Shown piece by piece: positions 23,393-35,165 of a stretch of 64,000 nt of DNA. The DNA comes from Amoebophrya sp. A120 (lineage: Eukaryota > Protista > Dinoflagellata). Both the position numbers and the translations under genes were made by a program. The stretch covers positions 10,258,381-10,322,380 of the forward strand of contig CAJINV010000004.1 of the NCBI GenBank assembly GCA_905178155.1, read 5' to 3'. Numbering within the stretch: the first letter of the stretch is position 1; the number at the start of each line of letters is the position of its first letter. The notes below the pieces were generated by a model, which saw only the letters and a program-made list of their open reading frames with translations, searched no databases and had not been told where the DNA came from.

Positions 23393-24303
23393 TGTTCCGA
23401 GTTGTCCTCGCACTTGACGTAGTTGGTACCTGAAACAGTTACTCGCTCGCGGCCCAAAGTAGAAGCGAGCACCCGATTGATTTTTACACTTCGTACATCT
23501 TTCGTATTTAATTACAGAATGGCACGATCTCCTTCCCCTTCTTTTTTGAGCATGAGTGATAGAACGTTGGTCAATTTTCGTATTTCAATTTGATGGTAAA
23601 GGTAAAGGTAATTATGTATGAAAACAGATATAGTTCGATATTCAAAACAAACGACAAAACCCCAATTCTCAACGTGCTCAATTCAGTTTTGTAGTTCGAC
23701 AAAGGTCAAGGAAGGAAAACAACTTTGCCGGCAAGACTTGTGAGTGGTTTAGTCGTGCTCTTGTTCGTACAGGTCCCACAGGACAAGATGGCGATGAGTC
23801 TCCTCGGAAAGTATTCTTGGTGGAAGGATCCATTTCTTGGTGTTTAAGATAACACCTGCCCCCTAATCCAAGGCGGTTTTAAAGGATCAATGTCTCGATC
23901 TACTCGTGCTGATGAAGATGAAGATCCAGGAGGTGTGCTGCATTACAAAGCAGTATTGAAGAGTAGCATGATTGCAGATCATGCAATCCATGCATGCATG
24001 AAGAAGATGTTGGCTTTGTAGCTGGTAGCCCGAGACAGTCGCTCTGGAGGGTTCCTCGTTCGGAAATTCTGTACGTGGAACTTGACTCTTTTACATACCA
24101 CAACGCTCTCAGAGTCAGAACAACAAAAAGGGCGCAAGGGCATGAGTATGATCTGATTGTCATTTCTTCAGTATCAAGTAGTTAGGTAGTGTACATCTAT
24201 CAGCGGAGCTTTAAAAAAACCTTCACCAGCTTTGCGAGTTTACGATACCGAAGACACTTTTTGTTTTTGTCGCACAAAGTCCAAGAAAGACTATAGCAAA
24301 AAT

Positions 24304-25434
24304 ATGTCGAAACTACAAAGTGAACACTGTAAACCCGCGCCCTCCTCGTCCTCCACCTCGTCCGGCGCAGTCGGAGGTGGAGCTCAACCCCCTGCTGCAG
24401 AAGCCCCACGTTATTCCGGCACGCCGAAGGTTTACTGCCTGGGCGACTCGCTGACGCAGGGCGGGAGCCACAACAACGAGGGCTGGGTGACGAAGCTGCA
24501 AAGATATTTCTTGCGGAGGGCAGATGTTGTGAACCGGGGTTTGTCGGGGTATAACGCCAGATGGGTCAGGCGGTTCATCGAAGATATGCTAGAGAAGGAC
24601 TTGGGACGACCAAGAAGTAGATTTGGAAACGATAAAGAGCAGAAGAACACAGAGCATGAAGATCCACCTCGTCCTGCTGCCGATCAACATGAAGATGCTA
24701 AACCGTTGTTCGCCACGCTATGGCTCGGTGCAAACGACGCCTGCCTGCCCGAGGCAGGGACGCAGCACGTCCCGCTTGGGGAATTCGCGGAAAATTTGGA
24801 ATTCATCGCAAAATTGCTTCTCGACGAGTACGTCGATAATTTAATCATCCTCACTCCGCCGTGCATCGCCGAGCAGCAACGGATCCGTTTCACGATGAAC
24901 AGTGGCGCTGCAGCTGCTGGAGGTCGTCCTGCAGCGGGGGATAGTACTGATCCAGCTGGAGCTCCTCCAACCCCCGCAACTCCTGGCGACAACGCTGCCC
25001 AATGTGAGCAGGAGGATGCTGTTGAGTCGGAGGACAGCTGCTCCATCGACCGCGTGAACGAAGTAACGGTCCAGTACCGGGACGAGGTTCTTCGACTGGT
25101 CGAGAAGTTGAAAGCAGAAATATCAGCGGAAGAGCCGAAAAATGGCACAAGTTCTACATCAAGACATGGAAACATCAAAAAGCTTGCCTGCATCGACACC
25201 TACGAGCTGTTTTGGGCGGAGCGCGCGGCGATCCTGCAGCTGGACGGCTTGCATTTTGGCTGGCAGGGAGAGCAGATGATTTTCGAAGAAGTGGAAAAAA
25301 TTGTCAGTCAAGAATTCGGCTTCGGAGTTTTGCCCGACCCAGTCACCCGGCATTTCGGGCATGGCAGAGCGGTGGCCGAAAACTTGCCGATGGTGTTGCC
25401 CTACTGGAACGATCCGCGCTTGCGCGTCGAGTGA
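24304..25434 (+). CDS. IAH1: SGNH/GDSL hydrolase, isoamyl acetate-hydrolysing esterase-like
   Basis: GDSLTQ, RRADVVNRGLSGYNARW, WLGANDA, QHVPL, DGLHF. Confidence 0.85.
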   Translation: MSKLQSEHCKPAPSSSSTSSGAVGGGAQPPAAEAPRYSGTPKVYCLGDSLTQGGSHNNEGWVTKLQRYFLRRADVVNRGLSGYNARWVRRFIEDMLEKDLGRPRSRFGNDKEQKNTEHEDPPRPAADQHEDAKPLFATLWLGANDACLPEAGTQHVPLGEFAENLEFIAKLLLDEYVDNLIILTPPCIAEQQRIRFTMNSGAAAAGGRPAAGDSTDPAGAPPTPATPGDNAAQCEQEDAVESEDSCSIDRVNEVTVQYRDEVLRLVEKLKAEISAEEPKNGTSSTSRHGNIKKLACIDTYELFWAERAAILQLDGLHFGWQGEQMIFEEVEKIVSQEFGFGVLPDPVTRHFGHGRAVAENLPMVLPYWNDPRLRVE

Positions 25435-26632
25435 GCTATTTGTCATTCCGCTTCTTTCCGCAGCATTGCTTTATTTTTCAACTTTCTGAGTACTTACGCT
25501 TACGCACGTATTTGAGACGACCATGCTTCTTTCAGACTAAGAACGACGTGTGCTGAATAAGTAGCTGATTGCCGCTACTGCTGTAACCACTTGCAGTTCG
25601 ATTTCTGCATCACTTGATGTCCTGTAGCAGGTGGCCGCGCGTAGTGGATTCGAAGACACTTATTTGACCCGCAAGGGCAGAAAGAGAACAAGTCGGTCTA
25701 ACACTATGATTTCACCTGCACACCGCAGTAGCTTGCTTCGTTCACACTCACAAGTAGTTTGTATAAGGGAGTACTACTCGAAGGAGCTTCAGGAAATAAA
25801 TCTATCGGTGCGAGATAGCTACAGAAATGATTCGGTGTTTGTGTAGTTTGATAGCACGTCATCACTATTCTATCTGTGCAGTAGCAGGCACAAAAGCGCG
25901 GTCGCCTCAATCGGTGGTAGAGCAGAATTGCTGGAAGCCAAAACACGAAGTCGGTTTTTGGACGTCCTTCTGCTCGTTGGAACAGATAGTTCAGCTACTA
26001 GAGCATCGGTCTTCCATAGATGACATTACAGCGAGATAAACCTCGATCTCTTCACTTCGTTTCTCTTCGTCAACTCCAACGGTCGTAAGTAGTTTCTTGG
26101 TGTCTGCATGTTGATTTGTCATTTCAATTTTCCTACGACCGAAACTTTTTCACATCAAGGCCACCATTCTGGACCCCCACTAAAACAAAGAAACTTTATT
26201 TCCCCCGTAGAATCTCGAAGAAATCATTATATCAACGATCATCCCCCCAAAACGGTATTCTATACTATTACAACCCTCTTTGTGTACACTAAAAGACAAA
26301 TACCTAGGATGGTACCAAGCTCGTCTTGTACATCTATACTTTGCTGGCGAGCAGGACCTCCTGAAAAAATAGAAGACACGTTTCCGTTTCCATTCCTCTA
26401 CTAGCTGTAAAATTTTCGATTACAAATAGAATTTCTCTCTTACTGCGGGTAATTTCACGACAACAAGAAGTATTTCTACATTCCCCCAACATATCTTCAA
26501 CGATCATTTCTCAAACGTAATTGAAGTTTCTATAATTTTCCCCGAAAATAAAAAGCTTCTCCTGAAGCATTAAACGAAAAGCTTCTCCTGAAGCATTAAA
26601 CTACCGCATCTTCATTTTAGTATTAAGCAGCC

Positions 26633-29600
26633 ATGCATACCATCATCAACCTGAACAGTACCTCCAAGCTCCCCGGCGCAGGAGGAGCCGGGACGACGAG
26701 CGGCAAAAACCGGCTCACGAAGGGCGCGCTGTCTATTGCGCAGAACCGGCAGCGGCACGATCCCACGCGGAGCTTGCGCGACACCTCCGACCGCTTCGAA
26801 AAGTACCGATCCGGGTCGCAATTGAACGACCGCAAGGACGGCTACCACAAGTCCGACAAAGTCCTCGGGCACGGGGCCAAGGGCGACGTGCACGAGGCGA
26901 TCCGCGTGGATATCCTTTGTAAAAACGTCCCCACCCCAGAGTTGTAATGCAAATGCGCAATGACAGGAACATTTGTAATGCGCATCCCCATGAGAGGTAT
27001 TTCCAATCGTGATTTGGCATTTGTAATGCTGTAAACAGGATTAGAAATTGGCTTTCTCATGCGGCTTGCCTTACTATGCACCACTATACTACAGACGAAA
27101 ACTTGTCATGTACAACTCCCAAAGCTTGCCGATTTGTCTAGCAGATTTCCCATCTTGACTCTGGTGTGGGGACGTTTTTACTCAGGATAGTGGAGGGGGG
27201 CTGCTTTCGGTACGTGGCGTTGAAAAGGATCAAGCTGTCTTCGATGTCGTTCAACACGGCCCGGGCGACGATGTACGTGGAATTAAGAGTGGCGGAGCTG
27301 GTGAACAGCGTCAACGAAAAGGAGATCCAGGAGAAGAAAGATTCTCAAAATCTTGCGCAAGAGAACAAGCGAATAAATCTCAGCCCCATGTCCTCCTCCA
27401 CGCGGTTGGGCGGGTCGAGCTCACCCAACAGTAGCGCCAGCGGGTCCGGGAACGAAGCCGCTGGAGATGGATTATCTTCTCCGAATGGGAATGGAAGTCA
27501 GAGTCATCACACCAGGTTGGCCAAGAACCTGGCCTTGACTGGTGATCATGAGCCTGGGTTTGGTGCAGCGGCTCATTCGACGTCGATTTCTTTCTCTGGC
27601 GCTCCTTTCTCCACTTACGAAAACACGACGGGGATCCGGCGCGCTGATCTCGACAGCCACAACAGCAGCTTCAACCAAAAAACTACAGGCCAGCATCAAA
27701 ACCTCCCGCCCTATCAGAAGATTCTGACCGTTTCCAAAGGTTTGTGGGAGGCGGCGCGACCGCGCTGCAAAAACCTGATCCAGCTTTTGGACTGGTTTCC
27801 GGGGAAAGACGGCATTGACCGCGAGATCTTTTTGGTCATGCAGCGGGGCGACTTGGGCTTGGAAAAAATGATCAACTTTGTCACGAAAAAGCGCACGGAC
27901 TACGAGTCCAGCTTTGCCACGGCGAAAGTGTCGATTTTACGGGAGAAGAACCATTTTTACAATCTGAATCAGCACATTCTAACCCAAGCGGACGCGGATC
28001 TGATGCACGCGAATCGGGGGGTGCTCGAGTCGGTCGACCGCCACGGAGAAATTACCGCCAGCATGCTGAACAAGCAGCTGGCGGGGCAAGACGCGCGGGA
28101 GTTCCGCTCAAACTTCGCCGCGAATTCGTGGGATCATCACGGCAACAGAAATAACAGTGGTAACAACGACAGTTCGTTCAACGTCTACAACAAGAAGGAA
28201 AACAAATTGAATCAAACGATCAAGCTCCCACCCATCAGCCGTACAGTCAGTAACACTTCATCCGGTGCAAGAACCAGCGCCGCGGCCGCTGCGAAAAAAG
28301 CGGCTATTTATCCACTGCAAAAGTATCGTACTCGTATAAATGCGAATCTAGCATCACAGATCTGCTTTCTTACCTGAATCTGCATGACAAATTTCATTTT
28401 TCTTCTAGGAAAAATTTGTCATGCGAATTGTACTAGTACGAAACTTTTGCGATGCATATTATTATGAACAGCACGATGTCGGTTTCGCTCTCGTCCGGCG
28501 AGCCGCTGGATTTCGACGGCAAGAGACTGCCGAAGAGCCTGCGGGTGCCGGGGTACTTTAAGGGTTTTCTGGAGAGAAACAAGCTGAATGGGAATAGCAT
28601 GAGCACCTACGTGCCCCCAAAGCAGATGGAGGGCAGCCACAGGCAGAGTTCGCCAACCTATAGAGGTTTAACATCTCCTCGTCTGGATGAAGACGATCTA
28701 TTTGATGCGGTTGAACCGCTTTCTGGAGGTGAAGACGACGAGGGTTTTTCTTCCTCTTCAGCCACAGCAGACAGAGACGAGAACTACACTATCAACGAAC
28801 AGAACCGCAGTCGGGGCCGGAGCAAAGCAGAAAACAAGCGCCGCACATCAAGTCGTCCACATCCGACCGCAACCACGACCAGGGAAGATGTTGTCGAAAC
28901 TTCCACAAGGGACAACAAGTCAACGCAACCCGCCGCGACCAACTGGCGGACTCTGTACGAACAGGAGCGCGCCACCCGGAGGTCCAACAACCACTACGGT
29001 GGGGCCAACAACGTGGACATCCGCGACCAGATGTCGGCGGGTGCGCAGCGGTTTGCGGAGGGGGAAATCCGGAAGGTTTACTGGCACATTCTGTCCGCTT
29101 TGGACTACCTGAACTCTCTGGGAATCGTCCACCGGGACGTGAAGCCGGAAAACATTCTGTGGTGCGAGCACGACAAGGCGCAGACCTTCCCCATGATGCA
29201 CCCGGCGAGCGCTTTCAACCCGTTTGGAGGCGGCCCCGGCCCGCAGCGGAATTTAGAGGAAAGTGCTGTAGAGACGAAAAACCTGCCGCATCACTTCAAC
29301 AGCCTGAAAGAGTACAGAGAGTACATGAAGGAACAGGAAAACCTATTCTGAGTAAGAACATCCCTACCCCAGAGTTGTCATGCAAATCTGCATGCCAAAA
29401 AAGTTTCTCATGCGAAGCCCCATGAGAAGCTTTTTCTAGTCGTGTTTTGGGATTTGTGCTGCTAGAAAAAGCATGATATGCTAGACCTGTGAGTCTGCTG
29501 AACTAGCTAAACAGGATTACACTACGAGGACAAACTTGTCATGCGACACAACCAAAGTTGGCTGATTTGTCTAGCAGCTTCCCCATTTTGACTCTGGTAC

Positions 29601-30800
29601 TATGGGGACGTTTTTACACAGGATAAAACCAGAAAGAGCAAGAGAAACTGGACGAACAGAACTTGCTCAGCGGGAACAGCGCAGCAGGGTTCATGAGCTT
29701 TCCATCAAACAGTAATTATTCGTCGAGCAGTTCTTATGGGAACAACACTTCTTCTTCTTCTTCAAACTATCGCACCAGAACGCAGCGCAGCACGTTTCTG
29801 ACCGAGAACACTCCCTTGCCGCAGCAGGGCGTCTACAAACTCTCCGACTTTGGGTCCGCTTTCATTTTGCCAAACGCGACCAGTTTGGTGAACCAAAGGC
29901 AAACCATTCTGAACAAACAGCCAGAGCACGTGCAGAAGAAGATTCTTGACGGCGCGCAGTCGAACGGCATCGGGAGAATCCACATCTACAACGAATCTCG
30001 GCAAGCGGTAGGCACGTTGTCCACCATGGCGCCGGAGGTCATGCGGGGCCAGGCACACGACAACAGCTGTGACATTTGGTCGCTGGGGTGCGTGTTGTAT
30101 GAACTGGCGCAGCTCGAGAAGTGTTTCATGCCGTGGGAGCTCTCAGCATATCAGATGGCGATGGAGGGGTGCAGTGGGTTCGCGAATGGGGGGCTGTTGC
30201 AACTACCCGCCTGTTTGAAAAACGCAAAAGAGCAGCTGGGTAAATCAGGAGAAAACAGCCTCCTGAAGGTGACAATAAGCGCGACGGATAGTGCGGGTGC
30301 CCGAGACAGGTCTGCGTCAAACAACAGCAAATATCCACAGATCGAAAAGCTACACCAGCGGAACCGCGGGAAAAATCCCAGACCAAGTGTGCCAATACCG
30401 AGCAAGGGCGAGCGAATCCACCGGAATGACCTGAAACCAAAGTATCTATCGATAAATTGCATTTTCATTTAATTTTTGCTTCCGTTCCTCAAATGTAAGT
30501 AGACCCAGGAGCCGCATATAAGTACATACATGATCAACTTGTCGTGTCAGGCTCGTTTCTTACTTAGTACACAGAAAAAATTCATCCCATTTCATGAAAA
30601 CCAACAGGGGAAGCTGGCTCCGGTGGACGTATAGCAACGGCCTGCGTGCTGCTGTGGCCGAATGTCTGGAGTACAAGCCAAATAACCGACCGACGGCGAG
30701 CAAACTCTTGGAGGAGAACGAGAACGGCATCGAAAAAGTAGCTCTGAACAACAACAGCTCCAGCGCCTGGACGGCACTACGGGTGTTTAACGACATGTAA
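26633..30800 (+). CDS. Ser/Thr protein kinase with long low-complexity inserts (NEK-like C-lobe); 5 exons
   Basis: LGHGAKGDV, VALK, HRDVKPEN, DFG, MAPE, DIWSLGCVLYEL, CLEYKPNNRPTA; 3 introners plus a GT-AG intron from 30442 to 30550 or 30574. Confidence 0.9.
26911..27189. mobile_element. introner family D
   Basis: DR gtgga; removing 284 nt joins the Gly-loop to VALK. Confidence 0.9.
28309..28458. mobile_element. introner, F-related
   Basis: tatccactgcaaaagtatcgtact..agtacgaaacttttgcgatgcata; DR ctatt/ttatt; 155 nt. Confidence 0.85.
29344..29625. mobile_element. introner family D
   Basis: DR aaacc; removing 287 nt gives EQENQKEQEKL. Confidence 0.88.
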
Positions 30801-31858
30801 AAGTACATGCAGGAGCAGTGCAAAACCAAAAGGACTGTCGGTGTCGGCTCAAGTGTCGACTTCGTATAATGGAGAAAAGCGAAAGGTTGTCGAGTTATTG
30901 CTGCCAGCTTTAGGGGTGTGTCGCTGGATTAGCTTTAGCCCCCATCTAAGACGAAACGATGTCGGGCATCGCAGCAGCAATTCGTCACCTCCTTAAAAAA
31001 CTTTAAATTTTGTTACGAAAGGAGCCACAACACATGACATACCAAAAAGAAACACACATGTGGTCGTGATGTATTACACATTCGATATCTTGAAATTGTC
31101 TTCCTTGTGTACAGAGTCAGTCGAAGAATTTTCGTTTTCCTCAGTGGAGGCGTGAGGAAAAATCCGTGCTGGTCATTCTAGTTGAATGTGATGGCACACA
31201 GTATGACGAGTCACAACTTGTGTTCCGTGTCTATCGTCAGAATTCTGAGCAGCAGGCGGGAGTTCGTGTACTCCTTCACTTTTTTGCATTCGTTGCAGGA
31301 GCAGGCATCTTAAACGGTGGGGAAATTTGTATTAGAAGGCGACACTTCCTGTTTTGAGAAGGGAAAGAGGACCGACGAGATGAGAGCAGCAATTATTTTT
31401 ACTGGTGATCCTGGTAGGTAATGTAGTACTCGTCAGTCTCTGTGCCGATTTTTAACTTTTTATATTTTTACAACATTGTCTGTAATGACACATCTAATCG
31501 GATTCCTTTTTGTTGATTGTGTCGTTCTTTCGTTGCATGTGAGTTTAAAATATTAACAAAACAAAACAAACAAAATGAGCATCTCCACCTCCGGGGCAGT
31601 ATATAAAATACAAATTTTCCAATAGGCGTGGGCCTGTAGGCCTAAATTCCGGTCGGTTGGTCGGTCGGTTGGTTGGTTTTGGACAGACGACAATTGACCG
31701 AACCCGCTGCATTGTGTTTTGTGTTTTTCTGAGATTCATCTATTATTACTGTTGAAGCTGCCTACCTACCCACCTACCTGGCGTCTTTTCGATTCATTGT
31801 AGTACCGTGATCGCACCGATCCACCTACCTACCTATCCCTTGCCACCCAGAGACAGCT

Positions 31859-32712
31859 GCCTACTGGTCACGCCTACCGACCTACCCACCCACATGGTGG
31901 GTAGGTGGGGCGAGGGAGCGCGCGCTGCCTATTGGCCACGCCTACCGACCTACCGACCCACCAGCCTGGTGGGTGGGTGGGGCGAGGCAGGGTGCGCTGC
32001 CTATTGGCCACACCTACCGACCTACCCACCCACCTCGCTGGTGGGTGGGTGGGGCGAGGGAGCGTGCGCTGCGTATTGGCCACGCCTACCGACCTACCCA
32101 CCCACCAGCCTGGTGGATGGGTGCGGCGAGCAAACGCTGTCTATTGGCCACGCCCACCGACCTACCCACCCACCTCGCTGGTGGGTGGGTGGGGCGAGCG
32201 TGCGCTGCCCCTTGGCCACGCCTACCGACCTACCCACCCACGGGCCTGGTGGGCGGGTGGGGCGAGCGTGCGCTGCCTATTGACCACGCCTACCGACCTA
32301 CCCGCCCACCTCGCAGGTGGGTGGGTGGGGTGAGCGTGTGTTGCCTCTTGGCCACGCCTACCGACCTACCCACCCACCTGCCTGGTGGGTGGGTGGGGCG
32401 AGCGCGCGCCGCCTATTGGCCGGGCTGCCGAGCGACCTACCCACCCACCAGGCCGGTGGGGGTGTGGGGCGAGCGTGCGCTGCCTACTGGCCACGCCTAC
32501 CGTCCGACCTACCCACCCACCTGCCTGGTGGGGGGGGGCGGGGCGAGCGTGCGTTGCCTATTGGCTACGCCTACCGACCCACCCACCCAGCTGCCAAGCG
32601 GGGGGGGGCGAGGGAGCGTGTGTTGGCTATTGGCCACGCCTACCGACCTACCAACCCACCTGCCAAGCGGGGGGGGAGGGGGTGGGGCGAGCGTGCGTTG
32701 CCTTTGCCTATG
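31859..32712. repeat. ~68-72-bp GC-rich minisatellite, about 12 copies
   Basis: gcctattggccacgcctaccgacctacccacccacc..ggtgggtgggtggggcgagcgtgcgct. Confidence 0.92.
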
Positions 32713-32968
32713 GCTCAATCTATTAGCAGGGGGTTTGCAAGCAAGGGACTCGCGAAGCCAAGGGGTTGTGCAAAAAGCCCCCGCTCGGCATGACCAAGCG
32801 GGGGCGGATCCAAATTTTGCGCGAGTTTGTCTCTATTTCCCAAGTGTGTTTTGCTTGGGTTGAGGAAACGCAGGCCGTGGCTGGAGAAAAGTGCAGCATT
32901 GGAGCCCCGACCTCTTTCTATCTCACAGGCGCAAACTCTCACGAGGCCCCCCGGAGCTCCGACTGCGT

Positions 32969-33180
32969 CCACGCAGCACAGATTTGTGTCTCCGGCGAGC
33001 TGCGCGCCGCACAGATTTGCGCGCAACACACAGCACAGATTTGCGCGCAGCGCCGATTTGTGCTGCGCGCACGCAGCGGAGATTTGTGTCTGCGGCGAGC
33101 TGCGCGCAGCACAGGTTTGTGGCGCGCGCAACACAGACTGGCGTCCACGCAACACAGATTTGCGTCTGTGTTGCGTGGAC
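32969..33180. repeat. irregular repeats of gcacagatttg
   Basis: about 7 variants of cacagatttg(t/c)g. Confidence 0.75.
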
Positions 33181-35165
33181 ACATCGAACTCTCCTTCTGC
33201 CGAGACCTTTCTGCCGCCCTGGCGGAAGTGCCTACTGGGCGGCGATAGGATGCGGCGCTACCAGCCTCGCAGGGGCGGGCTGCAGCCCCGGTAGGGAGGC
33301 AGGTGCGCCGCGCGCCCCGACCACCCCCCTATCGTGCTTCGCCCTCCTTGCCGTTGCGGTTGTCTTCTAAATCCGAAACCGATATGCGTTTTTCCATAAG
33401 TCGTAAACTCGGTCAATTGTCGTCTGTCCAAAACCAACCAACCGACCGACCAACCGACCGGAATTTAGGCCTACAGGCCCACGCCTACTCAAATTTTCAT
33501 ATTTTTGTTTTTTTCATGCATACATCTATAAAATGAAAGATCATATGCTAATGAATGATGATGAATGCAAATTTCTATGCAAAATCATGGGTGATCTGCT
33601 GTCATGGCACTAAGGTATACATCTGTTTTTCTTTTTTCTTCTGATGCAAAATGAAAATACAAAACAAACAGCTCCCGACGACTCGCGTCTTTATATGTTG
33701 CTTGTTAAGTGTCTGTTCGTCCAAGAGATCGAAATTTTAAGATCATAAGAGACTTCGGTACTTTTCGGTAGATTTCGATCTTCGTGACATCGTCGATTTT
33801 GTATACTCTCGTTCATTATCGACGCTACAGGCTATTCGTCATTTCCTCAGCTCTTATCTTTTAGTTCGGGTCGTATCTTCGTAGCATCTTTCCGTACATC
33901 CATCGTGCTTTCGCGCTATATATCGTACACTTTCGATTCATCATGCAATACGTATTCTCCTCGTCTTTCGTCATCGTCGCTCGTATCGATCGAATTATCG
34001 TATTTATTAATCTACTGCATCGTCTATCGTAATCCCTCTCCCCTACATATATTTTCCTATTCGCTTTTCGGTCAACTTCGGTTTCCATCCGATCCTGCCG
34101 ATCTTCGTCTCCGGTTTGTTCTGTGTGGTGTTGTTTTGCTTCCTCCGCGACCTCATTATCTCTACAACACGTTAAAACTATGAGCACTTGGACGGTGGAG
34201 CCGGCGCCCCTACCCGCCTTGTGCACTGGGATCATAGTTTTAAGCGAGCACCATTGCACATCCACCACCTAGGGCTGCCTTCCCACGCAGCGTGGGCGAT
34301 ATGCTTTGGACGGTAGGGGCAGAAGTGTTGTCCTTTCCCTCTCTCTCCCTTTCGTCGTTTCTTGTTTAGCTTTTGTGTATGTCATATCGGTGTAAGACTA
34401 AGACATAAACACATTTTACAACATTGTCATTGTGTTTTCCTTTTCTTCTTTGACTTCGTGGGGCAGCGTGACGAGTGAGAAAGAAACATCTTATTTCCAG
34501 TAGCATGTATTTCAGTCATTTCTGATGTTTCCTTGGATTTCTTACGCCCGCTGCAAGGAAAAACTGGATAAGTCCACTTCTTCCAGAGCTTGTGTGTACT
34601 ACTACCTTCAACGCACGTTTTAGCCTCCCGAGAAAGAACACAAGAAAAAAGCACAGCAATAGCGTCACTACAAAGAACAAAGATTTTTGCGAGTGCCGTG
34701 TAGAACAAAGCATAGAGTGCTGTTGAGAACAAATGTGTGTGAAAATGTGTGCTTCCACTGTCCAAATTCGCTTATCCGTCAACAAACTTGCTTTCAAATT
34801 CAAACATGGTGTCCTCACTCTTCATGAAATTTTGGCAGAGTCCCTCCCTGTCAGCACATGAATCATCATCTTCACCACCCCAGCGCATAAAGGGAACAAA
34901 AAAGAAAACCTCCATTTTGTTCCATGAGAAAAAGAATACGACCCTACATGCAACTACAGATGCGGGAGGACCAGCGCGAGCTCATGGTTCTTGTAATGTG
35001 CTAAACAGTAGCCGCGACTCCAAGCGTGGCCAGCTTTACGTTCCGTTGTTGCTCAAAAAATCTTCCTCCAGCACAGCTTCTCCTGGTTGTTCGTCACCAA
35101 AAAGTAGTACATTTGCCAAAGCGGCCGCCACAAGAAAGACCAAGAAACTTCTGCAAGGGACGGAG

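Larger units (their letters stand above)
31620..33490. mobile_element. 1.87-kb non-autonomous DNA transposon with 79-bp perfect TIRs and an 8-9-bp TSD
   Basis: taggcgtgggcc...caattgaccga (31623-31701) is the exact reverse complement of 33409-33487; both flanks read (c)aaattttc. Confidence 0.88.

Noticed and set aside
26551-26601. 25-bp tandem duplication upstream of the kinase
   Set aside because: Real but most simply a local slippage duplication; no evidence of function.
31807-33370. Several 140-296-aa ORFs and a CRISPR-like periodicity
   Set aside because: They are translations of a minisatellite; there are no unique spacers and no cas genes.
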